Shown: positions 9,299-17,863, counted from the first letter of the stretch. The stretch is 22,410 bases of DNA from an uncultured virus (IMG/VR IMGVR_UViG_3300038704_000019) (IMGVR_UViG_3300038704_000019:62001-84410), one strand, 5' to 3'. Made by a program: numbers and translations. Notes: a model not told the origin generated them from the letters alone.

Positions 9299-12200
9299 AT
9301 GCAAACCCTATTCTCGCGTCTCGGTGCCGTTCGGTGCCTATTCTTCAAGTCAGAGCAATTCCAGTTGATCGAGATGCCCGTGCAGGTCGGCGCATCGGTA
9401 GATAAGCGCGGGCATTTTACGCAGGCACACACTCGAATTCAGAAGGTACGCATTGAAAAGCCTGCGCAGCCAGATTTATTCGGCAACTCAGAAGAGCCCC
9501 AGAAGGACAAGCATTCAGCACGCCTAGAGGCTTTCATCATCAAGCATGGCGGGCTAGGCAGCCTCGCACACCTCATGTCTGGAATGACTGACGGCCAACA
9601 GCAACGCATTTTTGAGGAAATGGGAAAGCTGGGCGGAAAGTCTGTTGTTGAAGTCGCGGCGATGTTCGACAACATAAAGCCGGAGCCAGCGCCGCAAGCT
9701 GATCTATTTGCCGCACCGCAAAAACATGTTGATGAAATCGACACATCTGAAAAACATGTCGAAAAAAAGGCAGAAAACGAACATGTAGCACCTAGCCATG
9801 CCGGTGACATCGTTGTTCCGCACGCTATTGTTGGGCACATCACAGGCAGGGGTAAGACTTTGCGCGGGATTGTGCGTACTGACCTGACCAAAGATCAGGC
9901 GATGGAAATTGACCAGTACACATTCAAGAAAAATGGTGGTTGGTTCATCCGCGAAAAGCACCTCAAGCCCGGTGAAGTTGCTATTTCGAAGCCTGTTACC
10001 GCAGAGAATCCACAAAAAACCGTAGCAAAAGAGTCGAAGAGCCGCTACGAGCGCCTGTTAGAGCGCCGAACTGACGGCACGCCGGATGAAATGGCCGCCG
10101 AGGATGCGCGGATTTCTAATCTTGCATCTGTCCAGGTTGGCAATGTTGACGCATCGCTTCCTTTTGGGGTGCAGGCCGGCATCAGCAAGCAAGCCCGCCG
10201 TGACCTGAATACGCAAGCCGCCGCTATTGTAGCCCGTGGGGGCGAATACTCAGACGAAGACAAAGCGATTCTGCGCCAATACTCAGGCAATGGCGGCTGT
10301 GGCGATTCTCTGAATGAGTTCTACACCTTGCCAGAAGTGGCAAGTGCCATGTGGTTGGTCGCGCAGCGTCTCGGCGTGAAGGGTGAAGTGCTTGAGCCAT
10401 CCTGCGGCCCCGGTGTGTTTTTGCATACCGCGCCGGCAGATTCTAAAGTGACCGGTGTTGAAATGGACGAGACATCGGCCAAAATAGCCAAAGCGTTGCA
10501 TGGTGATCGCCATGAGATTGCAAATGCCAGCCTTGAGCGATTCGCCACTCAGGATGAGCGTCAATATGATGGCGTGCTGGGCAATGTGCCATTTGGACTA
10601 CGCGGGTCGCTGATTAAGGACGACAAGCCGAATTTGAAAACGGCGGATGCGTATTTCTGCGACACGGCGATGGATAAGTGCAAGTCCGGCGGTATTGTCG
10701 GCCTGATCGTGCCGACCGGCATCATGGATTCGCGCACAAATCGCAAGCTGCGTGAGGCGCTATTGCGCAAGGGGCAGTTCCTTGGTGCTCAGCGTATGCC
10801 GAATACTGCATTCGAGCATTCGCATACTGAGGTGACAACCGATGTGGTGTGGTTCCGCAAGTTTCCCGATGATGTGGCCGGCGCGCTGTCATCTTCCGCA
10901 GTCAAGCAAGATCACTTAAAAGCACTTGGCGTATGGGACGAAGAGTTCCTAGCTGGAAAATACTTCACCGGGCGCGGCGCGGAGAATGTGTTGGGCAAGA
11001 TGGGCGATGGTTGGCGCGCAAAGGCTGGCATGGGTGCGGACATTACTGTCGAAGGTTCCATGAGTGGCGTGCCAGAAGCGCTCGCTGAGTTTTCACCGGA
11101 AGACGGCAAGGAAATTCCGGCTGTAACTGACATTCTGACCGCTGTGGGTGGTGACGAGAAAGCACGTTCTATGGTGATGGGCGGTGCAATGAATCGCCCG
11201 TATGCGGATACTTCAAAGGTTGGCGATACCAAGACGGTGGACGGCGTAGTTTATGTGCTGCAGGGTAATCCGCCACGTTGGCATCGTATTGACGAGGTGC
11301 TGCAATCGGAAGCGTTGAAACAAGGGCAAGACATCGCCGCGCGGATTGATGCACTGATGGATGGCATGACTGCCGTTGATCGTTCGGCACTCGAAAAAGA
11401 CTTGCGGGAATGGGTTGAGGCGCACGGCATTCCATCGAAGAACAAGGACGTTTTGCTTGGTGCGCAGCAGGACAAGGTGCTGTACCGGTTGATCGGTGCT
11501 GTTAAATCGAATGGCGAACTCTCCGATGCGGTAACTGGCAAGGTGGCTAAACAGCAGATGGGCTCATTTGAGGCCACTGTTCAGTCATTACTTAATGACC
11601 ATGAGACTGTTGGTGTAGACAGGCTGGCAAAGGCGGCGGAGCTAGATAGAGAAGAGGCGCTAGACCAGCTTTATGGCTCCCCGAAGTACGCCATTGACCC
11701 AGTGACTGGAGAATGGACAACAAAAGACATCTACCTGTCCGGCGATCTGTGGGCTAAGGCAGATTTCGCGAAGGCGGCGCTGTCTGGCGAGGGATTGGCA
11801 CCTGAGCTACGCAAGAAGCTGGAACAGCAAGTAACTATGCTGACAGAAACAATCGCTCCTGTCTCATTGGAGGATGCATTTATCCAGGTGAACTCGGCTT
11901 TCTTGCCAACGTCAATTTTGTCTGCATTCCTGACATCAAGAAACCAGAACGGCAATAAGTGGCAGAAAGAGTTACCCCCGGTGGTTGTCACGTTTGAAGA
12001 TGGCGTTTACGCGATCACCGGTGGCAATGGATATGGCGAGCAATCGCACCTCGATAAGTACCTAAACCGCACCGGCCTGAGAAAAGACGATAAGCACATC
12101 ATTGATGACCTGAACGTGGAGTTCAAAGACTGGCTTTGCGCATCGCCGGAATACCGCGAAATAGCCGAAGACCTGTACAACAGAAAATTCAGGGGCTTCG

Positions 12201-15200
12201 CTGAACGGGAATTCTCGAATGAGCCTATGGATATTCCCGGTATGAATACCGAGGGATTGAAGGACTACCAGTGGGGCGGGCTGCGCTGGGCGCTGAACGC
12301 GGGCAAGGGAATCATTGCGGCTGATGTCGGGCTGGGTAAAACAGCACGGGCGCTCATGCTGGCACGCACGCTCAAAACGACTGGGCAGGCAAAACGCCCG
12401 ATGATCGTGGTGCCGAAGTCAGTTCTGGCCAACTGGTTCGATGAGTGCGAGAAATGGTTCCCAGGGAGCAAGGTGCTCACCATCGGCGGAAGCTTTGAAC
12501 GACTTGCTGATGGCTCTCTCAAAGGCAAGGATGACAATGCCGCTGAGCGCAAGCGCAAATACCATGATCTTCAGCAAAACGAATACGACTTCATCATTTG
12601 CAGCGAGCCGTCATTCGAGGAAATTGACCTAGACCCAATCACCAAGGGCGAATACAACAGCAAGGATTTCTGGGTGCAGCGTGGCGACAAGCTGGGCAAT
12701 GCTGGAGATAAGCGCGCCAAGCAGATCCGCGAAAGCTGGGAACAGGCGCGCGCGAGTCAGGAATTCGGGAAAGACTCTCGTACCGATGCGACGTACTTCA
12801 ACGGCCTCGGGGTGGACGCGCTGATTCATGATGAATTCCATCACCAAAAGAACCTGTGCGCGATCAAGTCGCGCTTTGGTGAGTCGCCCAAGTATCTGGG
12901 CGGTGGCGGGCTATCAATGCGTGCGCTTGATTTTAACCTCAAGGCGCGCTGGTTGCTCGATCAGCAAAATGGGAAGAACGTGTACGGATTAACGGCCACG
13001 CCAACCAAAAATAGCCCGATTGAGATTTACGCCATGCTGTCGCATGTCGCGCCGGAAGCATTCGAGAAGATCGGCGTGCGCAATAGCGAAGAGTTCCTTG
13101 ACCGATTTGCCAAGTTTGAAAATGGCATGGCGCTTGATACAGGCGGAAAGATGGAAGAGGCGCTGATTACTGCTGGCTTCCAAAATATGGATGAGCTCCG
13201 CGCGATCATGAAGCGCTATATCCATCGCCAAACTGCGGATGAGGTCGGATTGAAGCTGCCGGGGAGGCAGGATGTCACGCACATGGTTACGATGGATGCG
13301 GAGCAAGAATCTGCCTATTCAGAATTGCGCGAACTGGCGGCGGAAGCAAAAGGGAAAGATGCGACCGGAGACGCGCATATTTTCAGCATCATGGACAAGA
13401 TGAACAAGGCCGCTGTCGATCTATCCTTGCTTGACCCCGATTACGATGGAACAAAAAGCCCGAAATACATTACCTGCGCTCAGGAAATCATCAAGAATAT
13501 GAAGGATGGCGGACAGATTGTGTTCTCTGATTACGTCGATTCTCACGAAAAGATTGCCGCTGCGCTTGTTGCGTCCGGCATCCCGCGCAACCAGATCGGC
13601 ATCATCAATGCGCAAGTTGCATCTTCATCATCCAAGCGGCAAAGCATTTGCGATGCGTTCAACGCGCGCAAGCTGAAAGTAGTGATCGGCAACACGGCCA
13701 CGATGGGCGAGGGGCTGAACCTGCAAAAGGGCACTTCGGATATTCACCATCTCGACTTGCCGTGGGAGCCCGCATCCATGCAGCAACGAAATGGGCGTGG
13801 CTTACGCCAGGGCAATACAAACGAGGGCGTTAGAGTTCACGCATATCTGGCAAAAGGTAGCTTCGACGGCTATCGGTTGCAGGCGATATTAGCCAAGAAG
13901 GACTGGCAGGATGCCGTCTGGAAGGGTGGCAACGAAGTGGAAAACATGAACCAGCAGGGGAATGTGAGCCGCGATGAAATGATGATTATGCTGGCAGCCG
14001 ACCCAGACCAAGCGCGCGAAGCATTCGAGGCTAATCACAAAGCCAAGGAAGAGCGCCTAGTCGCCGGAAGGACGGCTGAGGCATCGCAGCGCTTTGTGAA
14101 ATTCCAAGAGGTCAAGCGTAGCTACGCCTCCCTGAAAAACAAGGATACGCAGAGCGCGGCACGACTCAAAGCCAAGCTGGACAAAGAATACTCGGCGCTC
14201 AAAGCGGATAAGTATTTCACTGCGAAACAGGCGCTGGATTCAGATACGCCAGTGATTGTCGCCAGCACTGGAACGATGATGTACGCTGGCGCAGGCATTG
14301 AAGTTACTGATGGCGATAAGGTTGCAAGGTATGTGGTCGAAGGCGTTGACCCACGTAAGCAGCAAGTAGCGATGCGCTTGTATGGTCAGGAAATGCCAGT
14401 CCGCATGACGATGGACATAAAGGACATGCCGAAACCCAAGGCATTCGCCTATGACGAAAAGGCGGAAACGGAAGAAATCAGCCGCAAGATTGCTGAAAAG
14501 CCACTGGAAATTAAGCAAGTAAGCGATGTGATGAAATTGCCTCCATCGGTGATCTCGGCAAACCATGACAAGCTGCAAAGCCAACTGTGGGACGGATTGA
14601 GAAATTACAAGGTCAGCGCCGGTCATGGCAGCGTTGCGCTGATAGACAAAGTTACAGGGCAGCCGGTAATTGTTCCCAGCCATGAAGTCAGCGGCAACAG
14701 CAAGGGATATGGGCCAGATACGCATGACTTCATGCTGCCGACCGAAGAGAACAAGCAGAAAGCAATTCAGGCGTGGATGGATGCTGAGCGGGCGGCCTCG
14801 TTTGGCACTGATACCGCAAGCGTTGGGCGTCGTGGCGGAAAGACCGTAACGCGCGCCAAGCGCAAATATGGGTTCGGTGTAGATGGGAACAACAATCCGT
14901 GGACACGCATCATTGGCGACTTGAGCGGGAAGTATTCTGGCGGTGGGTATTACTATGGAGATGGTGACTCTCCCGAGGTTAAGCCGATTCGCCAAAAGCT
15001 GATCGCAGAGCAAAACGAGCGCATCCGCCATGCAAAAACATTCTCCGAGGCGCTTGATGCTGCCGCTCCATTGGGTGAGATTCAAGATGCCGACAAAGGG
15101 TATGGCGCGCGGGTTAAGCTCCCAAAGAAAGCGATTGCCGCACTTTGGGCGAAGGCGCGGCACCTTGACGTGCTGGGTGGTGCTATCGATACACATGAGC

Positions 15201-15619
15201 CAAAATCAGAATCGTATGGCGGTAAATACGGCAAGCACAGCAACTATTTCCTTGGAGATAAGGCAAAGTCGGTTCATGCCGCTATTCTTGGGCTTGCTGC
15301 GAGTGCCGGGCATGACGATCTCGTACATGCGATGGTTGAATCCGGTTTGCGGCATCACAAAGATGGAAAGCATGAAGAGGCGCTGCAGGCAATTGCCAAC
15401 GGCTATGAGCATAGACCTGCAAGGATACGCGCTATGCAGAAGCTGGCCGGCGCGGCGGGTTTGTTAGATAAAAAGCGCGGTGATATTCAGGGTTATGGCA
15501 ATCTTTCAGCCTCACAAGGATATTACTCTTCACAAGAAGACAAGAGCCAGACGGTGGGTGACAGGCTTAATGAATTGCTTGCAGCAAGCCAGAAAATTTA
15601 CGATAAGGAACCCGCATGA
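9299..15619 (+). CDS. DarB-like polyvalent protein: N6-adenine methyltransferase plus SNF2-type helicase (putative virion-borne antirestriction protein)
   Basis: MTase motifs EFYT, VLEPSCGPG, VTGVEMD, GNVPFG, F....V.TDVVWFRK; helicase motifs LKDYQ, DVGLGKT, VVPKS, DEFHHQKN, LTATPTKNS, MGEGLNLQ, QRNGRGLRQGN; architecture like P1 DarB. Confidence 0.85.
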   Translation: MQTLFSRLGAVRCLFFKSEQFQLIEMPVQVGASVDKRGHFTQAHTRIQKVRIEKPAQPDLFGNSEEPQKDKHSARLEAFIIKHGGLGSLAHLMSGMTDGQQQRIFEEMGKLGGKSVVEVAAMFDNIKPEPAPQADLFAAPQKHVDEIDTSEKHVEKKAENEHVAPSHAGDIVVPHAIVGHITGRGKTLRGIVRTDLTKDQAMEIDQYTFKKNGGWFIREKHLKPGEVAISKPVTAENPQKTVAKESKSRYERLLERRTDGTPDEMAAEDARISNLASVQVGNVDASLPFGVQAGISKQARRDLNTQAAAIVARGGEYSDEDKAILRQYSGNGGCGDSLNEFYTLPEVASAMWLVAQRLGVKGEVLEPSCGPGVFLHTAPADSKVTGVEMDETSAKIAKALHGDRHEIANASLERFATQDERQYDGVLGNVPFGLRGSLIKDDKPNLKTADAYFCDTAMDKCKSGGIVGLIVPTGIMDSRTNRKLREALLRKGQFLGAQRMPNTAFEHSHTEVTTDVVWFRKFPDDVAGALSSSAVKQDHLKALGVWDEEFLAGKYFTGRGAENVLGKMGDGWRAKAGMGADITVEGSMSGVPEALAEFSPEDGKEIPAVTDILTAVGGDEKARSMVMGGAMNRPYADTSKVGDTKTVDGVVYVLQGNPPRWHRIDEVLQSEALKQGQDIAARIDALMDGMTAVDRSALEKDLREWVEAHGIPSKNKDVLLGAQQDKVLYRLIGAVKSNGELSDAVTGKVAKQQMGSFEATVQSLLNDHETVGVDRLAKAAELDREEALDQLYGSPKYAIDPVTGEWTTKDIYLSGDLWAKADFAKAALSGEGLAPELRKKLEQQVTMLTETIAPVSLEDAFIQVNSAFLPTSILSAFLTSRNQNGNKWQKELPPVVVTFEDGVYAITGGNGYGEQSHLDKYLNRTGLRKDDKHIIDDLNVEFKDWLCASPEYREIAEDLYNRKFRGFAEREFSNEPMDIPGMNTEGLKDYQWGGLRWALNAGKGIIAADVGLGKTARALMLARTLKTTGQAKRPMIVVPKSVLANWFDECEKWFPGSKVLTIGGSFERLADGSLKGKDDNAAERKRKYHDLQQNEYDFIICSEPSFEEIDLDPITKGEYNSKDFWVQRGDKLGNAGDKRAKQIRESWEQARASQEFGKDSRTDATYFNGLGVDALIHDEFHHQKNLCAIKSRFGESPKYLGGGGLSMRALDFNLKARWLLDQQNGKNVYGLTATPTKNSPIEIYAMLSHVAPEAFEKIGVRNSEEFLDRFAKFENGMALDTGGKMEEALITAGFQNMDELRAIMKRYIHRQTADEVGLKLPGRQDVTHMVTMDAEQESAYSELRELAAEAKGKDATGDAHIFSIMDKMNKAAVDLSLLDPDYDGTKSPKYITCAQEIIKNMKDGGQIVFSDYVDSHEKIAAALVASGIPRNQIGIINAQVASSSSKRQSICDAFNARKLKVVIGNTATMGEGLNLQKGTSDIHHLDLPWEPASMQQRNGRGLRQGNTNEGVRVHAYLAKGSFDGYRLQAILAKKDWQDAVWKGGNEVENMNQQGNVSRDEMMIMLAADPDQAREAFEANHKAKEERLVAGRTAEASQRFVKFQEVKRSYASLKNKDTQSAARLKAKLDKEYSALKADKYFTAKQALDSDTPVIVASTGTMMYAGAGIEVTDGDKVARYVVEGVDPRKQQVAMRLYGQEMPVRMTMDIKDMPKPKAFAYDEKAETEEISRKIAEKPLEIKQVSDVMKLPPSVISANHDKLQSQLWDGLRNYKVSAGHGSVALIDKVTGQPVIVPSHEVSGNSKGYGPDTHDFMLPTEENKQKAIQAWMDAERAASFGTDTASVGRRGGKTVTRAKRKYGFGVDGNNNPWTRIIGDLSGKYSGGGYYYGDGDSPEVKPIRQKLIAEQNERIRHAKTFSEALDAAAPLGEIQDADKGYGARVKLPKKAIAALWAKARHLDVLGGAIDTHEPKSESYGGKYGKHSNYFLGDKAKSVHAAILGLAASAGHDDLVHAMVESGLRHHKDGKHEEALQAIANGYEHRPARIRAMQKLAGAAGLLDKKRGDIQGYGNLSASQGYYSSQEDKSQTVGDRLNELLAASQKIYDKEPA

Positions 15620-15954
15620 TGTCGTCAACAATGCTCCCGCTCGACCAGCTCGCGGCCAACATTCGCAAAGTGCTGGATAACAAGCCAGCCGACTATCGCA
15701 ACTTTGGCGTGTACTGGTATTTTGTGAAAGCTTTCCTGAAAAAGTATTACACCAAGGAAAATTTGTACCTCCTGGGTGAGTATGAGCAGCCTGACGTGGT
15801 TGCCAAGATGCCGGAATATGACAACTTCGAAGACGCCATGCATGATGCTCTGTTGATGTGGCGAGCAAACTGGGAAAACAACATGGGACGCGCTGCCAGC
15901 ATTGATCTGGATAGTGACGAGGTTGTGCTATTCGATGAAGACGCGGGGCTGTAA
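15616..15954 (+). CDS. Hypothetical protein (112 aa), coupled to the DarB-like gene
   Basis: ATGA overlap with the upstream stop, AAGGA SD, protein-like aromatic/acidic composition. Confidence 0.75.
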   Translation: MMSSTMLPLDQLAANIRKVLDNKPADYRNFGVYWYFVKAFLKKYYTKENLYLLGEYEQPDVVAKMPEYDNFEDAMHDALLMWRANWENNMGRAASIDLDSDEVVLFDEDAGL

Positions 15955-16196
15955 TGGGACTAGATCAAGGTAATTCAGAGCTTCGTAAGCGTATCGGCCA
16001 AACGTCCGCGATGCTGCGCCAAGTAGATTCGCAGGGCGATGCCATAACTGCTGGCGCGACTGCCCGGCTTGTGCAAGTGAATGCGCGACTGGATAGTTTG
16101 CGAGGGAAGGCGATCACAGACCGCGCGGCTGCGGATGAGTATCTTGACCTAACCAAAGAGAAAGGCGCACTCCTGCGCACGCTGGCTACATCGTAG
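15954..16196 (+). CDS. Hypothetical helical protein (80 aa)
   Basis: TAATG overlap with the previous gene; ends just before a terminator. Confidence 0.7.
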   Translation: MGLDQGNSELRKRIGQTSAMLRQVDSQGDAITAGATARLVQVNARLDSLRGKAITDRAAADEYLDLTKEKGALLRTLATS

Positions 16197-16226
16197 CGGC
16201 TATATGTTGTATGCGAATAGCAGACG

Positions 16227-16250
16227 AACCCGCTTCGGCGGGTTTTTTGT
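16227..16250 (+). terminator. Rho-independent terminator
   Basis: AACCCGC TTCG GCGGGTT followed by TTTTGT. Confidence 0.85.
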
Positions 16251-16261
16251 TGCTGTATGTG

Positions 16262-16283
16262 TCGTGACGCCAACATGGCCGCA
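16262..16283 (+). promoter_or_regulatory. Putative phage late promoter, copy 5 (leaderless start of the protease-scaffold-capsid operon)
   Basis: TCGTGAC GCC AACAT GGCCGC ATG; 21 nt before ATG 16283, directly after a terminator; no SD. Confidence 0.72.
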
Positions 16284-17161
16284 TGATAGATGCCGCCAAC
16301 AATACAGACGACTTTGTTTCATTCCAGTCGTTCCTTAAAGCAACCCCAGTCGAAGAGTCCGGGGAGCGCTTCATTTACATTGAGGCCAGCAACGAAGGGA
16401 TTGACCTGCAAGGTGAGAAGGTTCTATCCGAAGCACTTGCGGATAGCAAAGATTACTACTTGCGCTACGGGAACATCGACATAGATCACTTCTCGATCAT
16501 TGGGGCAAAGGCGGGGATTCAAAATCCGCTGCAATACGAAATTGGGAGGCCCGTCGATGTCCGCATTGAAAACCGCCATACGTTCGTCAAGGCCCAGCTC
16601 TACAAGGGCGATTCTGAATTAGCCAAGAACGCAAACATGGTGTGGGAGTCGATGACCAAGATTTCACCGCCAAAGCGTTGGTATCCGTCCGTAGGAGGTT
16701 CTGCGCCGGTCAAGGTGCAAGAGTTTGATCCAGAGTCATGCAGCAAGGTCACGGTGGTCAAATCTGTGCGCTGGACAAATATCGGACTTAGCCAAACGCC
16801 GGTCAATCAACACGTCCCAACGGCCTCGGCTTCGCCAATTGGCACGTTCTGCAAATCACTAAATGCATTCACCCTGAACAAGGCGCTTGAAGCCAGCTAT
16901 GCCACTGATGCCACCGCCATGACTGGTGGTGCTGCATTTGGGATGCAGTCACTTGATACCGGCATTCACAGCTACTTTGATTTCCGCGAGCGTATCTCAG
17001 AAGCAATTCGCGGGCGAAAAGTTGGTCGTGACATTACAAATTACGCTATTCGCACGTTCGGTTTATCCCATGAACAGGCTTCTGATTGGGTAGAGCGCTT
17101 CTTGCGAGGGATTAAACAGTCGGCTGCTACAAGCATCCATTTTAAGGAGAGAAGTAAATGA
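16283..17161 (+). CDS. Prohead (capsid maturation) protease
   Basis: EASNEGIDLQGEKV, NIDIDH (candidate catalytic His), EIGRP, PSVGG (candidate catalytic Ser), TPVN; HK97/herpes-assemblin-type pattern; two genes upstream of the capsid gene. Confidence 0.78.
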   Translation: MIDAANNTDDFVSFQSFLKATPVEESGERFIYIEASNEGIDLQGEKVLSEALADSKDYYLRYGNIDIDHFSIIGAKAGIQNPLQYEIGRPVDVRIENRHTFVKAQLYKGDSELAKNANMVWESMTKISPPKRWYPSVGGSAPVKVQEFDPESCSKVTVVKSVRWTNIGLSQTPVNQHVPTASASPIGTFCKSLNAFTLNKALEASYATDATAMTGGAAFGMQSLDTGIHSYFDFRERISEAIRGRKVGRDITNYAIRTFGLSHEQASDWVERFLRGIKQSAATSIHFKERSK

Positions 17162-17814
17162 GCTACGAAAAACTGCTGGACGACCTTGAGACGCTGCAAA
17201 AGAGCTATGCCGCCGAAGAGGACGACAAAAAGATTCAAGCTGCTGCTGCCGCAGCGGCGGGCGCTGATGATGGCGCAAAGAAAAAAGAGGGCGATGAAGA
17301 AGAGCTGGATGAAAACGGCAATCCGATTGCCAAGCCAGCAGCCAAGAAAGAAGGCGAAGAGGGCGCGCCAATGGCAAAGTCTTTCATCGTCACTACTGCC
17401 GATGGCGAGAAGCATGAGGCTATTGACGGTACCGAGATGATTAAGTCGCTTAGCGACCAGGTTGAAGCCCTGCAAAAAAGTGCCGAATCCGAAAAAACTG
17501 ATCTCACCAAATCGTTGACCATTTTGGCTGATGTAATCAAGAGCCAAGGCTCCTTGATTAAGTCGCTCAACGAAAAGGTTGAAATTCTCTCCAATCAGGG
17601 TGCTGGCCGCAAGTCTGTTACGACTCCGACACCGGCCATGATGAAGAGCCTGCAAAACGAACAGCCACTGGATGCGCAAGGTTTCATGCTCAAAGCGAAT
17701 GCCGCTTTCGATGCTGGCCGCATCACTGGCAAAGACTTGACGGTTTGCGACGTGGCGTTGCGCATGGGATCAGTGCTTGACCAGAACCTCGTCAACAAGG
17801 TTTTGGGCGAGTAA
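17158..17814 (+). CDS. Putative capsid scaffolding protein
   Basis: Between protease and capsid; acidic low-complexity N-half, coiled-coil middle, eight [LMV]-x-K-S motifs; strong SD TAAGGAG and ATGA overlap. Confidence 0.68.
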   Translation: MSYEKLLDDLETLQKSYAAEEDDKKIQAAAAAAAGADDGAKKKEGDEEELDENGNPIAKPAAKKEGEEGAPMAKSFIVTTADGEKHEAIDGTEMIKSLSDQVEALQKSAESEKTDLTKSLTILADVIKSQGSLIKSLNEKVEILSNQGAGRKSVTTPTPAMMKSLQNEQPLDAQGFMLKANAAFDAGRITGKDLTVCDVALRMGSVLDQNLVNKVLGE

Positions 17815-17863
17815 CCCAAGATTCTGGCCGAGTAATATTTTCAACTAACTAGGAGAAGTAAAA

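Noticed and set aside
14240..15196. 318-aa minus-strand ORF and the other short minus-strand or alternate-frame ORFs in the track
   Set aside because: Shadows of long plus-strand genes with clear motifs; no independent support
9299..15619. Restriction-modification system
   Set aside because: No recognisable nuclease or specificity subunit; context and architecture fit DarB-like antirestriction proteins
17025..17047. Seventh GTCGTGAC inside the protease gene as an internal promoter for scaffold and capsid
   Set aside because: Has the A(-11) equivalent but lacks the invariant T(-7) and +1 A; position is suggestive, so not excluded, but not called
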